Source: Octopus sinensis (taxonomy: Eukaryota). Taken from it: a stretch of DNA of 64,000 nucleotides. A program made the position numbers and the translations under genes. Below the pieces are notes generated by a model. It was not told the origin of the DNA, did no database searches, and saw nothing but the letters and a program-made list of their open reading frames with translations. Where the stretch lies: positions 13,020,001 to 13,084,000 of the forward strand of contig NC_043007.1 in the NCBI RefSeq assembly GCF_006345805.1. Reading direction: 5' to 3'. Below are positions 35,497 through 49,780 of the stretch, one piece after another; the stretch's first letter is position 1, and each line of letters opens with the position of its first letter.

Positions 35497-38024
35497 TAGA
35501 TAGATAGATATAGTCAATTTTTCGCGAGTTATTGTCAATATTGACGAGTATCTATTTACATAAAACATTTATTGTTCTGCTTTGTCGGACAGAAGCAATT
35601 CTGTGTGAATTTATTTAAGGATATATATACACTGACAAAACATGTCTCTTTCTTTCTGATATCTTCAATAAACTTCAACACCTTCTTAACTATTTTTTTT
35701 TTCCTTTTTGACAGATCAGCACATTGACGCTCGTGGGATTTAGACTAGCTTGTTGATTGCAGCTGAAGAATATCAGATTATAGATAGATAAAATGCAGAG
35801 CGATGTCTGTAGTCTAGATTTCAATTTGCGGTGCGTGTAGATAAAAAAAAAAAACACTAGCTTAGTGTTTTCACTTTTCTAAAAATATAGTTCATATATT
35901 CATATGTGTGTGTGTTTGTGTGTAAAAACATTTGCATGTGGGTACGAATAAGAAGGAGTAAAGGGAACTCAAAACTTATGATTATTTAAGCTGGAAAGAA
36001 TCACTATTGCAGTAACTTTCGATTTATGAAATTGTAATAAAAGAACCCCAAGGAAAAAAAATGGCTCTGTAAGAATGGGGATAGGTTAGAAAGGCGCGAG
36101 GGAAAAAGGAAAGTGAGAGAAAGTCTGAAGTGGTAGTAGCAGAAAAAAAGCAGTTGCTGGGTAGGATAAAGACAATATTAAAGGCGATCAGATGGACAGT
36201 TAAGAAAAGTGACGTTGTTTGAATGAATAAATTTGAGAAAAAGTCTTCAAACGGAATATATTCATAGGGAACAAAACAACAGAAAATGTATAAATTTTGC
36301 AAATGGGTATGTTATTGTAGAAGTCAAAAACTATAATGAGTGTTAAAAGTAGTTTTATTTTCTCTAACTGATATTATCTCTTAAGGAATTTGAGAGACTT
36401 GAAATAATATAGCCTCTTAAAATACTAATGCGTGCAAAAAAAAAAAAAAAGAAATCTCAAATTATGGTTAAGGAGAGAATGATTTCGTATATTTCAGATT
36501 TACAAAGCCGTCTAGTAGAGCATGCATTAGTAAAACAAATGTCTTTCTGTTTAGTATAAAAATTTGTAATCCTCATCATGAAATTCCAAATAAATTTGGG
36601 TAATGTGGTATCAAAATATCTAGATTAGTTGTGGAATGTGTAAAGGTGTTAGTTGTAACGTGTTTTGAATCAATTTGTTGTTAATTCAATGTATGATTTC
36701 GAGACTGCGTTGGTGTTAATTACTATTTTTTTCAGATGTATGTTTGCAACCGAAAGAGCATGCAGGGCTGGGAAGGTTAGGTCGAGAAAGAAAGGTTCAT
36801 TTTAATACAAATCGTGTTCAATAGAGACCGTGTAAGGTTGGGCTTGTTGAATAAGAAATTTTTATAGATCTATTAATATATCTTGTGGTATTTATGATTT
36901 TTAAAGGAAAAGTTTTTGTAACAAATATTTTAAGATTTTTGTTACAAGACTTGTAGCTGAAGTAAGGAAAAGCATAGTGTGGTCTATCTTTCATATATAC
37001 ATGCAAAAATATATACAAGCACATATATTTATAAGCCACACACGCACGTAAACATACATATGAGTGTGTGTGGTCTGGTTTTATCTTAACCATTTTCATA
37101 TTTCTTCATGAATTCTTTACAGTCTGTTTGGAACAGTAAAGTTCCTACGTTACCATTAGAGTATTATGAAGCTGTTGTTTAGCCCCAGGTCAGAGCTAAT
37201 TGATCAAAGGTATGGAATCGTTTCATTTGAGGAGGGAATTGTTACGTGGTCACGCGCGACCTACTAGATATAGCAATGAAATCTCTCCCTCAAAAGAATG
37301 GTCTTGCTGGACGATGTGACGTAAGATAAACTGTAAAGAAAAGACATAAAGATAACGGCCGGACCACCTTTGGCCTTAGTTCTGTGACCTGAGGTCAGAC
37401 AACAAAAATCAACAACAAATATCATGACACCGTAAATAATCTGGGTCATGTTTTGTTTCTCTTTATGGTTTGTGCCCCACAAATTTATTTTCAAGTCCGG
37501 AAATCTTTCAACTTCTTTAAGTGTTTCCTTCATCCGTTTTTTTTTTCCTGTGTCGGTTTCTGTCTGTCTGTCTATCAGTTCTTCCCCTCACACGTTCTTC
37601 TTCTTTCTCACACTCTTGTAGCCATTGTTTTTTTTCGCTTATTTTCACAGTTTTTTTTTTCTCTTTTTTGTACTTTGTTTTTTTAATTTTACACTTCACC
37701 TCTTCACCCCCTACCCTACCACTTCTACTCACCCACCCCCTCGCTGCCAAACCGATCTGAAACGGTTTGGTGAACATATATCAGCACTCGTTTGAAATTA
37801 GCTCGACTCAGTTCCTGGTTCTTCGAGTTGTCTACTTCATTAAAATCGCTAGCAAGTTGTTGCCGGTTAAAGAAGAAAACAACAAAAGTAAATAAAATAA
37901 AATAAAATAAAATAGATAACATATATTAACGAAATTAGAGCAAACTGAAAGAGTCCTAATTTCTGGTCTGGAGAAAAGAAGATATTTTCTTTCGTTATGT
38001 ATTTATTTTTTTAGACCAATTTCC

Positions 38025-38046
38025 CTATTTATTATTATTAATATTA

Positions 38047-38084
<38 letters not shown>

Positions 38085-38091
38085 GTTATTA

Positions 38092-38135
<44 letters not shown>

Positions 38136-38202
38136 GTTATTATTGTTATTATTATTATTATTGTTATTATTGTTATTATTATTATTATTGTTATTATTAT
38201 TA

Positions 38203-38300
<98 letters not shown>

Positions 38301-38351
38301 ATTAATATTATTATTCATTTTATTATTATTATTATTATTATTATTATATTA

Positions 38352-38388
<37 letters not shown>

Positions 38389-38390
38389 AT
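38025..38390. repeat. (ATT)n/(GTT) microsatellite
   Basis: Direct reading. Confidence 0.97.
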
Positions 38391-38468
38391 TGCTTTGCTT
38401 CCGTTCTTTTTAAACGATCGTATCTGGTCAGAAAAAGAAGAAATTAGCGAACAAATAGTGCGTAAGTA

Positions 38469-39131
<663 letters not shown>

Positions 39132-39221
39132 GTATATTTACATTTATATATGTGTGTGTGTGTATATATATATTTATATATACATTTATATATATATAAT
39201 ATAGAGATATATATATACATA

Positions 39222-39616
39222 CTAGCAGTATCGCCCGGCGTTGCTCGGGTTTGTAAGGGAAATAACTATATAAGCATTTTTAGAGTTATAGCCAAAAAAT
39301 AGCAAAAAAATGCATCAAAAATGGAAAAAAAATGATGGTAATTTTTTTTTTAAATCGTTGACTCATCGTAGACATTTTTAGAGAGTTACTTCCCTTATAT
39401 AATAGCGAAAAAATGCATTAAAATGGAAAAAAAATTATGGTAATTTTTTTAAAATCGTAGACTCATCGTAGACGCGCGCTAATACCCAGAAGGGCTCGAT
39501 ATGAATCACGACTATAAGATACCCGGTTTTGGTTAAACTGCACCGCAAAATGTGGGAGTAGTTAGGAATCTAAATCGTAGGAGACAGACACACAACCTCT
39601 CTTTTATATATAAAGA
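39222..39616 (-). mobile_element. Helitron subfamily 1
   Basis: Same termini and interior. Confidence 0.88.
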
Positions 39617-39879
39617 TATATAATATAAATAATCTATAAATATATGCATATATACATACATATATGTACATACCTACACATATATGTATATATATACATG
39701 CATATATGGGTACAGGACATCAAAAAGACGTTGAACTCAATGAGAAACGAAAACATAGAAACAAAAACATAGAAACGAACTTTTTTTTCAAACAACAAAA
39801 GAAAAAGGGGAAACGAGACATACAACAAAAAGAATATTCCCCTTCTTCAGTTGTCTCTGTTTCATCTACTCCGCATTTC

Positions 39880-40317
39880 GGTGCCCAGTAGTGCTATTTT
39901 CTGTATGTTATATATATATAACATACATAATTGTCTGAATGTTTTTTTAAATATTTTCTATCATACCTAATGCGCCTATTATGATAGGAATTGTTTCTAT
40001 GTTTAGACTCCACATTCGAGTTACCTCTGTTTCCAGGTCTTTGTATTTTGAAAGTTTCACAATTTCTTTTAGAGATAAGTTGTCATCTGCTGGTATTGAT
40101 ATATCAATTAGAAATCATTTTTTCTTGATGATCTCTGACAACTATATCCGGCCCATTGACCTTAATTTCTCTATCTGTGTGTATTGTGTTCGAGTTACTT
40201 CTATGTCCAGATCTTTGTATTTTTGAAAGTTTCTCTGTTTCTTTTAGAGAAACGTTGTCATCTGTTGGTATTGATATATCAATTAGAAAGCATTTGTTTT
40301 TCTTGGTGATTTCTGAG
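39880..40317 (-). pseudogene. Dong/R4-clade LINE restriction-like endonuclease (RLE) remnant, partly duplicated
   Basis: IHTDREIK...PDIVVRDHQEK..FLIDISIPADDNLSLKEIVKLSKYKDLETEVTRMWSLNIETIPIIIGALGMI ... IYNIQKIALLGT. Shows the PD..D and KxxKY motifs of RLE. Confidence 0.8.
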
Positions 40318-40489
40318 TTGTATTTTTGAGTAAAGCACTTCGTTTCACGTTGCTCCAGTCCACTCAGCTGGCAAAAGTCCAGAGGGGCAATATATACGCC
40401 ACCGAAACCGCGAAACTAGCCTTATGAGCCTACGAATCTGGAAGGACCGTTGATCCTTTTTATTTTATTATGAGTATTATTATGAGTAT

Positions 40490-40819
40490 TGTTTTTAGCC
40501 GTGTTTGTTTGTCCGTGGACAAGATATCTCAAGAACCGCTGGATGGATTCGGATGAAACTTTCAGGAACGGTTGGCCTAGTGACTAACACGAACTGATTA
40601 GGTTTTGAGATCGATCTGGTCCCTGACAAGGATTTTGGATTCTTTTTCTTGTTTTTTTACTCAACTTTTGAGAGCGGTCAGGTTCACTTTTAGTATTCTC
40701 GTTTGTGAGAGCAGTCGAGTTTATTTCAGATATTCTCATTTTAAAAATCATCTCTGGCTAATCGTTGAGAGGACGTTGGTGTTGCCTTGGCTGAGGTTTG
40801 CGCTCTCTGAGTGCTCTTG
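40490..40819. mobile_element. Helentron-associated (HINE/DINE-1-like) non-autonomous element, one end missing
   Basis: GTTTGTTTGTCCGT...GATATCTCAAGAACCGCTGGATGGATT..ATGAAACTTT...CCTTGGCTGAGGTTTGCGCTCTCTGAGTGC end hairpin. Confidence 0.55.
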
Positions 40820-40867
40820 CTCGTATTTTTTATCATTAGTAAGTAGTATTATGAGGGCGTTGACTAA

Positions 40868-41222
40868 GGTGGACGAGCTGGCCGAATCTCTAGCGTTCTG
40901 AGTTCAAATTCCGCCGAGGTCGACTTTGCCTTTCATCCTTTCGGGGTCGATTAAATAAGTACCAGTTACACACTGGAGTCAATATAATCGACTTAGTCCG
41001 TTTGTCTGTCCTTGTTTGTCCTCTCTGTGTTTAGCCCCTTGTGGGTAGTAAAGAAATAGGTATTTCGTCTGCCCCGACGTTCTGAGTTCAAATTCCGCCG
41101 AGGTCGACTTCGCCTTTCATCCTTTCGGGAATGAAGAATTAAATACCAGTGAAACACTGGGGTCCATGTAATGGACTAGTCTCCTCCCCTATATTTCAGG
41201 CCGTTTGCTTACTGTAGAAAGG
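40868..41222 (+). mobile_element. SINE family B dimer (tail 1, tail 2) with imperfect TSD
   Basis: Flanks ATTATGAGGGCGTTGACTA / ATTATTAGGGCATTGACTA. Confidence 0.85.
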
Positions 41223-41649
41223 ATTATTAGGGCATTGACTATGAGATTACATCGTGTCATTTACTAATCCTTTTTTATACGATGTCTTTTTTTATTGCTC
41301 GGCTTTGCTGCTGTTAATTTTTATGTCGCTTTTGTTATTTCTAAATATTTTTTTTATATTTTGTGATTCGGTAAGTCTTCTATCCTGATGTCCTGCTTTG
41401 TTGGTTTTGGTTCATTTGTTTTGTATCCAGCTTATTTGATTTCTTGTCACATAAAGAGTAAAATTATTTTTTCTGAAGCCATTTTTTTTGTTTTTTCTAT
41501 TTTCTTTTCTTCTTATTGTTCATTAATTGTTTGTGACGATGTTTCTGATATTCTGTTTCACCTCTTTCGATTTTTATTCATTCCGTCTACGTGATTTTCA
41601 AGTGATTTTTGACGAAACAGTGAATTCACTTCGTAGTAAATTGTACTCA

Positions 41650-41669
41650 ACACACACACACACACAGAG

Positions 41670-41746
<77 letters not shown>

Positions 41747-42000
41747 GAAACCACTTTCACTCACTTACTCACTCACACACACACACTCAATCACTTACAC
41801 ACTCACACTCACTTACTTACACACTCACTTACACACACACTCACACTCACTCACTCACACTTACACACACACACACACACACTCACTCACATACACACGC
41901 TCAATCACTCACACTCACTCACACACACACACTCACACTCACTCACACACACACACTCACTCACTCACACATACACTCATTCACTCACTCACATATATAC
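41650..42000. repeat. (CA)n/(CACT)n compound microsatellite
   Basis: Direct reading. Confidence 0.95.
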
Positions 42001-42137
42001 ATATATATGGGGATGACACCTTGTTCTTATCGCAAATGAAAGCCATGTAAACTGAAGTAGGGTACACATAAACTGTGTGTACACTCTTTCCTGCTGAATC
42101 ATTAATAATACGTTTGTATTAATATTTATGAGTGTGC

Positions 42138-42751
42138 AATGCGGCGAGCTGGCAGAATCGTTAGCACGCCGGGGAAAATGTTTAGCGGTATTTCATCTGC
42201 CGCTACGTTCTGAGTTCAAATTCCGCCGAGGTCAACTTTACCTTTCATCCTTTCGGGGTCGATTAGATAAGTACCAGTTACGCACTGGGGTCGATATAAT
42301 CGACTTAATCCGTTTGTCTGTCCTTGTTTGTCCTCTCTGTGTTTGGCCCCTTTTGGGTAGTAAAGAAATAGATATTTCGTCTGCCGCTACGTTCTGAGTT
42401 CAAATTCTGCCGAGGTCGACTTTGCCTTTCATCCTTTCGGGGTCGATTAAATAAGTACCAGTTACACACTGGGGTCGATATAATCGACTTAATCCGTTTG
42501 TCTGTCCTTGTTTGTCCCCTCTGTGTTTAGCCTCTTGTGGGCCATAAAGGAATAAGAATCGTTAGTACGCCGGGAAAAATGTTTAGCAGTATTTCGTCTG
42601 TCTTTATGTACTGAGTTCAAATTCCGCCGAGGTTGACTTTGCCTTTCATTCTTTCGGGATCGATAAGATTAATACCCGTTGAGCACTGGTGTTGATGTAA
42701 TCGACTTACCGCTCACCCAAGATTGGTGGCCATGTACAAAAATATGGAATC
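42138..42751 (+). mobile_element. SINE family B trimer (tail 1, tail 1, tail 3) with imperfect TSD
   Basis: Flanks AATATTTATGAGTGTGC / AATATTTGTGAGTGCGC. Confidence 0.85.
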
Positions 42752-42784
42752 AATATTTGTGAGTGCGCGCACACACACACACAC

Positions 42785-42843
<59 letters not shown>

Positions 42844-43154
42844 GGTGTAGACACTTTGGTATAAGACAGCGTCTCGCACACTAATTTCTCCATTAGCTAT
42901 TGCTGGTTCCGTGGTCAATTTTAAAGAGATGTGTTTTCGATGTACCTGGGTTTTAAGAGTTGTACGTTGTTAATTGCTTTGTAATGAAATGCTGTTTATC
43001 CAAAAATGGTTGTGTTTCTGTTTATTCTAATTAATGATCTAATTAGAATAATATACTGAATGCGGTTTTCTACAAAACCTTTTATGTTTTTGAATGAGAA
43101 ATCACGCGATCGTAATAAAAACATCAAACATGATTCACGCTGCACCTCATGACT

Positions 43155-43485
43155 TTCTTCTTTAAGACTCCGCCGGTTACGACGACGAGGGTCCCAGCTG
43201 ATACGATCAACGGAACAGCTTGCTCGTGAAATTAACGTGCAAATGGCTGAGCATTCCACAGACACGTGTACCCTTAACGTAGTTCTCGGGGATAATCAGC
43301 GTGACGCAGAGAGTGACAAGGCTGACCCTTTGAAATACAAGTACAACTCATTTTTGCCAGCTGAGTGGACTGGAGCAACGTGAAATAAAGTGTCTTGCTC
43401 AAGGACACAACGCGTCGCCGGGAATCGAACTCACAACCTTACGATCATGAGCCGAATGCCCTAACCACTAAGCCACGTGCCCTCA
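43155..43485 (-). mobile_element. SINE family D, full length, 12-bp TSD
   Basis: CACCTCATGACT at 43143-43154 and 43486-43497; tRNA-like head and CORE motif. Confidence 0.9.
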
Positions 43486-43873
43486 CACCTCATGACTATG
43501 TTCCTAAAGGTTTGCTAAGACTACCAGATTAGGCAATTCCACTAAAAAAATCATTCCACATACAGATGTCTGCGCTCAAAGACAGTACAAGAAGTATTCC
43601 AGGCAAAGATATCTTAGCGTAAAGATCAACAAAATTTAACTATGGGGTGAAATATATTTATGGTCATATATATTTATTCTGAAATATATTTATTCTGCTT
43701 TGCGTTGAAGTTTAGCAAATTTGGTAAAGTTTTTGGCACGGCCGTATGGTAAACGAGCCCACTTTCCAACTAACTAGCCACGTGGTTTCGGGTTCAGCCC
43801 TAATGCGTGCTACCTTGGGCAAGTATTTTCTTCCATACCCATGGGCCAACCACTGCCGATAGAATAAGTATAC

Positions 43874-44015
43874 GAGGGTCGGCTGAAAAGTTCGCAGGCT
43901 GACCAAGCTACTCTTATGGAATGTGACCAAATGAGGTTTATTTTGCAGCCTGGTTTTCCCTACCGTTCCACACACGTCTTCCACCATCGGTGTTGCAGTG
44001 CTTGGATCCTGTTGG
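43874..44015 (-). mobile_element. mariner 3' end fragment inserted in an old SINE
   Basis: TA-CGAGGGTCGGCTGAAAAGTTC TIR; reverse strand IQALQHRW..CVER resembles the mariner transposase C-terminus. Confidence 0.65.
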
Positions 44016-44169
44016 TCAAAGAGTGTCATCGTAAAGCTTAACAAGTACTGGGGTCGATTTGTTCGACTAAACTTTTCAAAGCAGGGCTCCAAGCATGACC
44101 CTCAATCCAACGAGTGAAAGAAGTAAAAGGTAAACAAAATATTCTGTTTATAATGTATCTTTTTTTTAT

Positions 44170-44353
44170 TTTACTTTCTCAGTCATCAGACCGCGGCCAT
44201 GCTGGGACATCACTTTGAAGAAGTTTTAGTCGAATGTATTGATCTCAGTACTTATTCTTTTAAAGCCTGGTACTTTTTACCGAACTGCTAAGTTACAAGG
44301 ACGTAAACACACCAACACTGGCTGTCAAGTGATTGGTGGAGGGTACAAACACA

Positions 44354-44393
<40 letters not shown>

Positions 44394-44563
44394 ACACACA
44401 CACACACATACACATACACGACGGGCATCTTTCAGCTTCCGTCTACCAAATCCACTCACAAAGCTTTAGTCGGCCCGGCGCTATAGTAGAAAAGACACTT
44501 GCCCAAGATGTCACACAGGGGGACTGAACCCGGAACCATGTTATTGGTAAGCAAGCATCTTAG
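44170..44563 (-). mobile_element. SINE family A (older)
   Basis: Family match. Confidence 0.8.
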
Positions 44564-44690
44564 CATCATCAATGGAAAACATCTGTAGAATGTATATACG
44601 CATTTGTATTTCTAATGTAATACACGTCATAAGAAATACTCTTTGAAAAAAGAAACTTATTTGAATATTTAAATGACTTACGTTACATTA

Positions 44691-45098
44691 GGTGCAGGAG
44701 TGGCTGTGTGGTAAGTAGCTTGCTTACCAACCACATGGTTCCAGGTACAGTCCCACTGCATGGCACCTTGGACAAGTGTCTTCTACTATAGCCTCAGGCC
44801 GACCAAAGCCTTGTGAGTGGATTTGGTAGATGGAAACTGATAGAAGCCCGTGGTATATATGTATGTGTGTGTGTGTGGTGTGTGTGTGTGTGTGTGTGTG
44901 TGTCTATGTTTGTCCACACCTCCAACATCGCTTGACAACCAATGCTGGTGTGTTTACGTCCACGTAACTTAGCGGTTCAGCAAAAGAGACCGATAGAATA
45001 AGTACTAGGCTTACAAAGAATAAGTCCTGGGGTCGATTTGCTCGACCAAAGGCGGTGCCCCAGCATGGCCGCAGTCAAATGACTGAAACAAGTAAAAT
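44691..45098 (+). mobile_element. Full-length SINE family A
   Basis: Family match. Confidence 0.9.
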
Positions 45099-45657
45099 AG
45101 TATTAATGGTACACAGCGGCTCCGTGATCGAAATAAAATGACACATTTTTGGTATGATTTGTTGTACGATTTTTTGTCGTATATAAATATTGTAATATAT
45201 AAGAAAACATTACGTGAAAAATTTGGCTTATTATGCAGTATTATAACCTAACGTAAACTTTTGTAGAATTTTAGTATATACAATGTTCTCTCTCAAATAT
45301 CCAGTTTCATTCTGTTTACCATAATTCTAAGCCCATTTGAATTTTCTAATCGGAACATTTATCAAAATTAGAATTTAGTCAAGGAAAAGCAAAGCAAGAA
45401 ATTAATTTTGGCATTTAAGGCTTAACTTTTAATCCAAAACGAAAAATTTATACCAGTTAGTGTGGGTGTATATATTTCAGAACATTCCTGTCATTGTTAT
45501 AATTAGAGGAGGGTAATTGAGACTTTTCGCCTTGTTTCTAAGTGAGTTGGTTTCGTTGTGTAATTTATGTATTACTATGTATTATTTTTTCATATCTACA
45601 CGTGTTCATATATACATGTATGTCGGCAGAATATGTAGTCATATACATACAGATATA

Positions 45658-46054
45658 TCTATATATATAAAACTCTAGTTGTGTGAGTGTCTGTCCCCTT
45701 CGATTTAGATTCCTAACTCCTCCCACATTTTGCGGTGCAGTGTAACCAAAAGCGGGTATCTTATAGTTGTGATTCATATCGAGCCCTTCTGGGTATTAGC
45801 GCGCGTCTACGATGAGTCTACGATTAAAAAAAAATTACCATAATTTTTTCCCATTTTTAATGCATTTTGTTGCTATTATATAAGGGAAGTAACTCTCTAA
45901 AAATGTATTATTAAATCTCAGAACGTAAAAAGCTACAGTAACACCCCACTTTGTGGTTAGCCATATTGAGATGGCTATTATACTTTACATCTCTAAAAAT
46001 GCTTATATAGTTATTTCCCTTACAAACCCGAGCAACGCCGGGCGATACTGCTAG
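45658..46054 (+). mobile_element. Helitron subfamily 1 (variant interior)
   Basis: A^TCTATATATATAAA...GCTAG^T. Confidence 0.88.
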
Positions 46055-46581
46055 TAATAAATACATTGATGTTGAAATCATTGTAAAGTTTTGATTTTTT
46101 TTTTTGTGATGTTTTCTGAGTTGAATATAGTTTTCAATAAAATACAAGCAAAGACAATATTGTTTAGTCCCACGGTCGCAGGTTCTTGCAGGATCTTGCA
46201 AGATCAATGGCGTCCTTTTTAGAACTACAGTGTTGAATGTTCCCTTCTCCGTTTTAAGACGACAGGGTATCATTTGTCGAGGATTTGGCAACTATTTCTA
46301 GCAGGTCGAGTGACTACATAGAGATTTCCTCTTTATTACTCCATTTACGTAACAGCTATTTCGCTAGGTGTCTTTCTTTTCTTCTTGGGGTCGATACAAT
46401 TGTAGGGGCAAGCTAAATGCGTTTCTGGATGTGTTAAATTGTATTAAGGGCTGCTTAACTTAGTTAACCGGCGTCATTCAGGCGAAGGAACCATTTCCCA
46501 ACGACATCACCGACGTAGTAATCTAATCTAATTATATCGTGTAACAGAATCCCTTTAAATTCACAGTTAACTGAAAATCGC

Positions 46582-46612
<31 letters not shown>

Positions 46613-46738
46613 TGTGAAACTTTTGTAAGGGAAAGGTTCACAGTGTCTGCTTGAATATCAAGTACTTGTTTCTAATGTGAAACTATAAAACCTGGTGAAA
46701 TAGTTTGAACTGGTGAAATTCGGCAACTCCGGCAAATA

Positions 46739-47130
46739 TCTCTATATATATAAAGCTGAAGTTGTCTGTGTATGGCAGGTTTTGTAGCCTCCAACTAACA
46801 CTATCTCCTCCGAGACCCTGCAGCGCAACTTGACCAAAACTGAGAGTATGATAGAAGAAGGCTTGCTCTTCATTCCGTAGAAGATAAAATTCAAATCGGA
46901 CCATGTTAACACCAAAAATTATTTATATCAAAAAGGTACTCTTTTTCTATGAAAATCCCTATTCTTTACGATTTTTTGACTGCTGTGTCGCCATTTTTCG
47001 GTGTATTTCAACCAGAAAAATGTTCACTTAAAGAGAATAACAAGCTACATAATGCAAAATTTTTACTTTTCAAAAATTCCAATTCTAAAGGGTCGAAACA
47101 AACCTGAGCAACGCCGGGCGATACTGCTAG
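46739..47130 (+). mobile_element. Helitron subfamily 2
   Basis: Same termini as subfamily 1, different interior; second copy at 60566-60948. Confidence 0.85.
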
Positions 47131-47609
47131 TTATGTAATATTTTTCAGTCGTTTTCAGTATAGACAGCAACAAATGTGAAATAGTTGTTTAAAAAATGGT
47201 GCACAATGTGGCATGAAATGATTTAGTATCATTTCTGATGCATGCGTAGTGAAGATAAATGTTTTGGGTAATTTTAGTTTTCTGTAATCAATATATTGCA
47301 CTTTATGTACATCTCCAGTGGATAAAAGGTTAATAATCAATAAGTCAAATGCTGTTAAGCAGAATCCAAGTAACATGAACGAAAGAAGTGTTACTCAGCT
47401 TCAGTTTATTCATCTTCAAAAACAATATCGAAATAATATGAACAAATGAAATATAAGAAAAAGAATCTTGAAGTTTTTGTTTCTTACGGTTTCACATGAA
47501 CTGGGTGATACGACTGAACAATGTGGGCTGTTGAATATAGAAAGATTTTGATGGAGAAATCTGTCAATGAGAGTAAAACTTCAACGCCAAGAGGAGGAAA
47601 AACATCTAT

Positions 47610-47644
<35 letters not shown>

Positions 47645-47648
<4 letters not shown>

Positions 47649-47860
47649 TCTTTATTCACCATAAGGTTGAGAATAAGAGGGGGCGATACGGGGACAGACA
47701 AAACAAACGTTGGGGTCAGGGTATCGAATGAGACGAAACGTGTGAATAAACAAACAATTAAAATATATACAATTAAATGAGAAAGAGTGATTAGCAAAAA
47801 ATGAAGCGGAGGACGCGGTCGACCCCACAAACCACATACTCACACTGAAGACTTTGCTTT
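47645..47860 (-). mobile_element. Probable LINE (L1/Tx1-like) 3' UTR ending in AATAAAGAAA followed by (TC)n
   Basis: Reverse strand ...CCTTATGGTGAATAAAGAAATTCTCTCTC; architecture resembles 18357-18695. Confidence 0.45.
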
Positions 47861-49181
47861 CTCCTTTTTTATATTCTCGTTTAAACAGGTTCTTTCACTC
47901 GCAACATACTTGAGCTCAAAGTGCAAAGGGTCCGTGATTCAACAGTGGAGGATCGCCGGATGAAGCGGGTAGGGCTTACTCACCAAAGCAATAGACACAG
48001 TGGGACCAGGCGCTCGAGCGCCCACTGTTCTGGAGGGAACTCTGGAACATTGACTGGGGAAGATTGTCCTTCCACCTTCGTGCTGTTGCTGACTTCTTGC
48101 CTATCCCAAATAACCTTATGATACAGGCTAAGGGGCAAAACGCTTGTAACCCAAGGATATCTGTTGACGATATGGAAGGGTTCTCAGCATTACAATAGAT
48201 TTAGAAGAGCTTGCAAAACCTCTGGGTAGCTTCTGCAGTTTTTGCGTAGGGCGAATCATCTCTGATGTTTATTTCCCTTGAAGTAATGTCAGCTTAAATC
48301 AATCGAAACTAAAACAATATTTAAAGAAAATTCGAGTTCTGTTAAAGAAATCGTATTTGAGAATATTTTTTGGAATTGAATCAAAGGGAAGCTGTGATTC
48401 CATTATGATGTTCTAAGCAAAAAGCTATTTACCATTTTCATGTTGCGTTGGTTACTGACTGTTAAAAGCAGGTAAAGTTCATACAATTGTGGAAAACTTG
48501 TTACAACTCTGCGCACGATATTTGGTCGAATGCATGACAGATAAAACGATTATCTCAAAGACATTGATAGTATGGCACTTTCTAATGACAAAATAAGGAC
48601 TATGCACCCAGGATTGGTAGCAGGACGGTGGATGTGGCAGCAGTAATTGCCGACAGACTGACAATTCTTTTGTATCCTCAAAAATCTGAAGATATTCGGC
48701 AATGATCTCTTAGCAGTCAGAGATCATTGTAGGGACAATGGTAACATAAATTGTGCAGACTGTTGCGAGCCAGTGGGTTGAGAGGTGTTATTATGTTATT
48801 ATGTACCAAAATATTTGCTTCTAAGGAAGCCGTGGAAGAGGGTACCGATCAGTCATACAACGGCAATAGTTGATCTGAATGAACGAGCTAATCAAAATGT
48901 ATACGACACGCTTCAGCACAGTTTCTCTCTTCCAAATTCACTCACAAGGCAGCGGGGCTGAAAAGCAATCTTCTTATCACACATCCACGACTGGTCTTCA
49001 CAAAGTTTCCGCCTAGCAAATTCACTCACGCGGCATTAGTCGGGCCGGGGCTATAGCAGAAGACATTTTTTGCAGCAGAGCGTGAAGCAAAAGAACTGAA
49101 ATACATTTAAATGTCATCAAGACCTACTGACGGTGAAATACAGATATGAACGCATTCATTCTATGGTATAGATGTGCAGAA

Positions 49182-49380
49182 GGCGCCGAGCTAGCAGAAT
49201 CGTTACCATGCCGGGCGAAATGCGTAGCCGTATTTCGTCTGCCGTTGCGTTCTGAGTTCAAATTCCGCCGAGGTCGACTTTGCCTTTCATAATTTCGGGG
49301 TCGATGTAATCGACTTAATCCGTTTGTCTGTCCTTGTTTGTCCTCTTTGTGTTTAGCCCTTTGTGGGTAGTAAAGAAATA
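49182..49380 (+). mobile_element. SINE family B monomer (tail 1) with 17-bp TSD
   Basis: GGTATAGATGTGCAGAA at 49165-49181 and 49381-49397. Confidence 0.92.
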
Positions 49381-49704
49381 GGTATAGATGTGCAGAAAAA
49401 AAGAAGAGTGGTGGTCTCCTGAGGAAGCGTTTCTCGGTATTTTGATCGATCCTGAGACAAGACGTATCCAGTTTCCTTCATTTATCGAAATATAGTCGTC
49501 TAAGAAACCGGGAGTCAGAAAAAAAGGACATTTGTATATCTGTTAAATATTATATTTGTTTAATATGATCTGGTATTATAAATCCATTGCAACCGATTTT
49601 ACCAATCAGTTTAAACACAAGAATTGGATGTTAAGTATGAAAAGTATGGCGTCAACAACTCTCTGCTCCACTAACAGTGAGCTGTCGCCATATTTTTCAG
49701 ATAA

Positions 49705-49780
49705 GCTCTTCTGACGAGCGCCACCTTATGTTATCACCTGAATCGTGTGCGAAACCGATTAGGAAAATCGGTTGAAATGG
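49705..49780 (+). ncRNA. Hammerhead-like motif (intact core, poor helix I)
   Basis: CTGACGA-GCGC..GTGC-GAAAC-CGATT aggaa AATCG-GTT; inverted partial copy at 49582-49620. Confidence 0.5.

Noticed and set aside
48699-48740. Hairpin with a bantam-like GAGATCATTGT
   Set aside because: Stem only ~12 bp; the rest does not match bantam or form a pre-miRNA.
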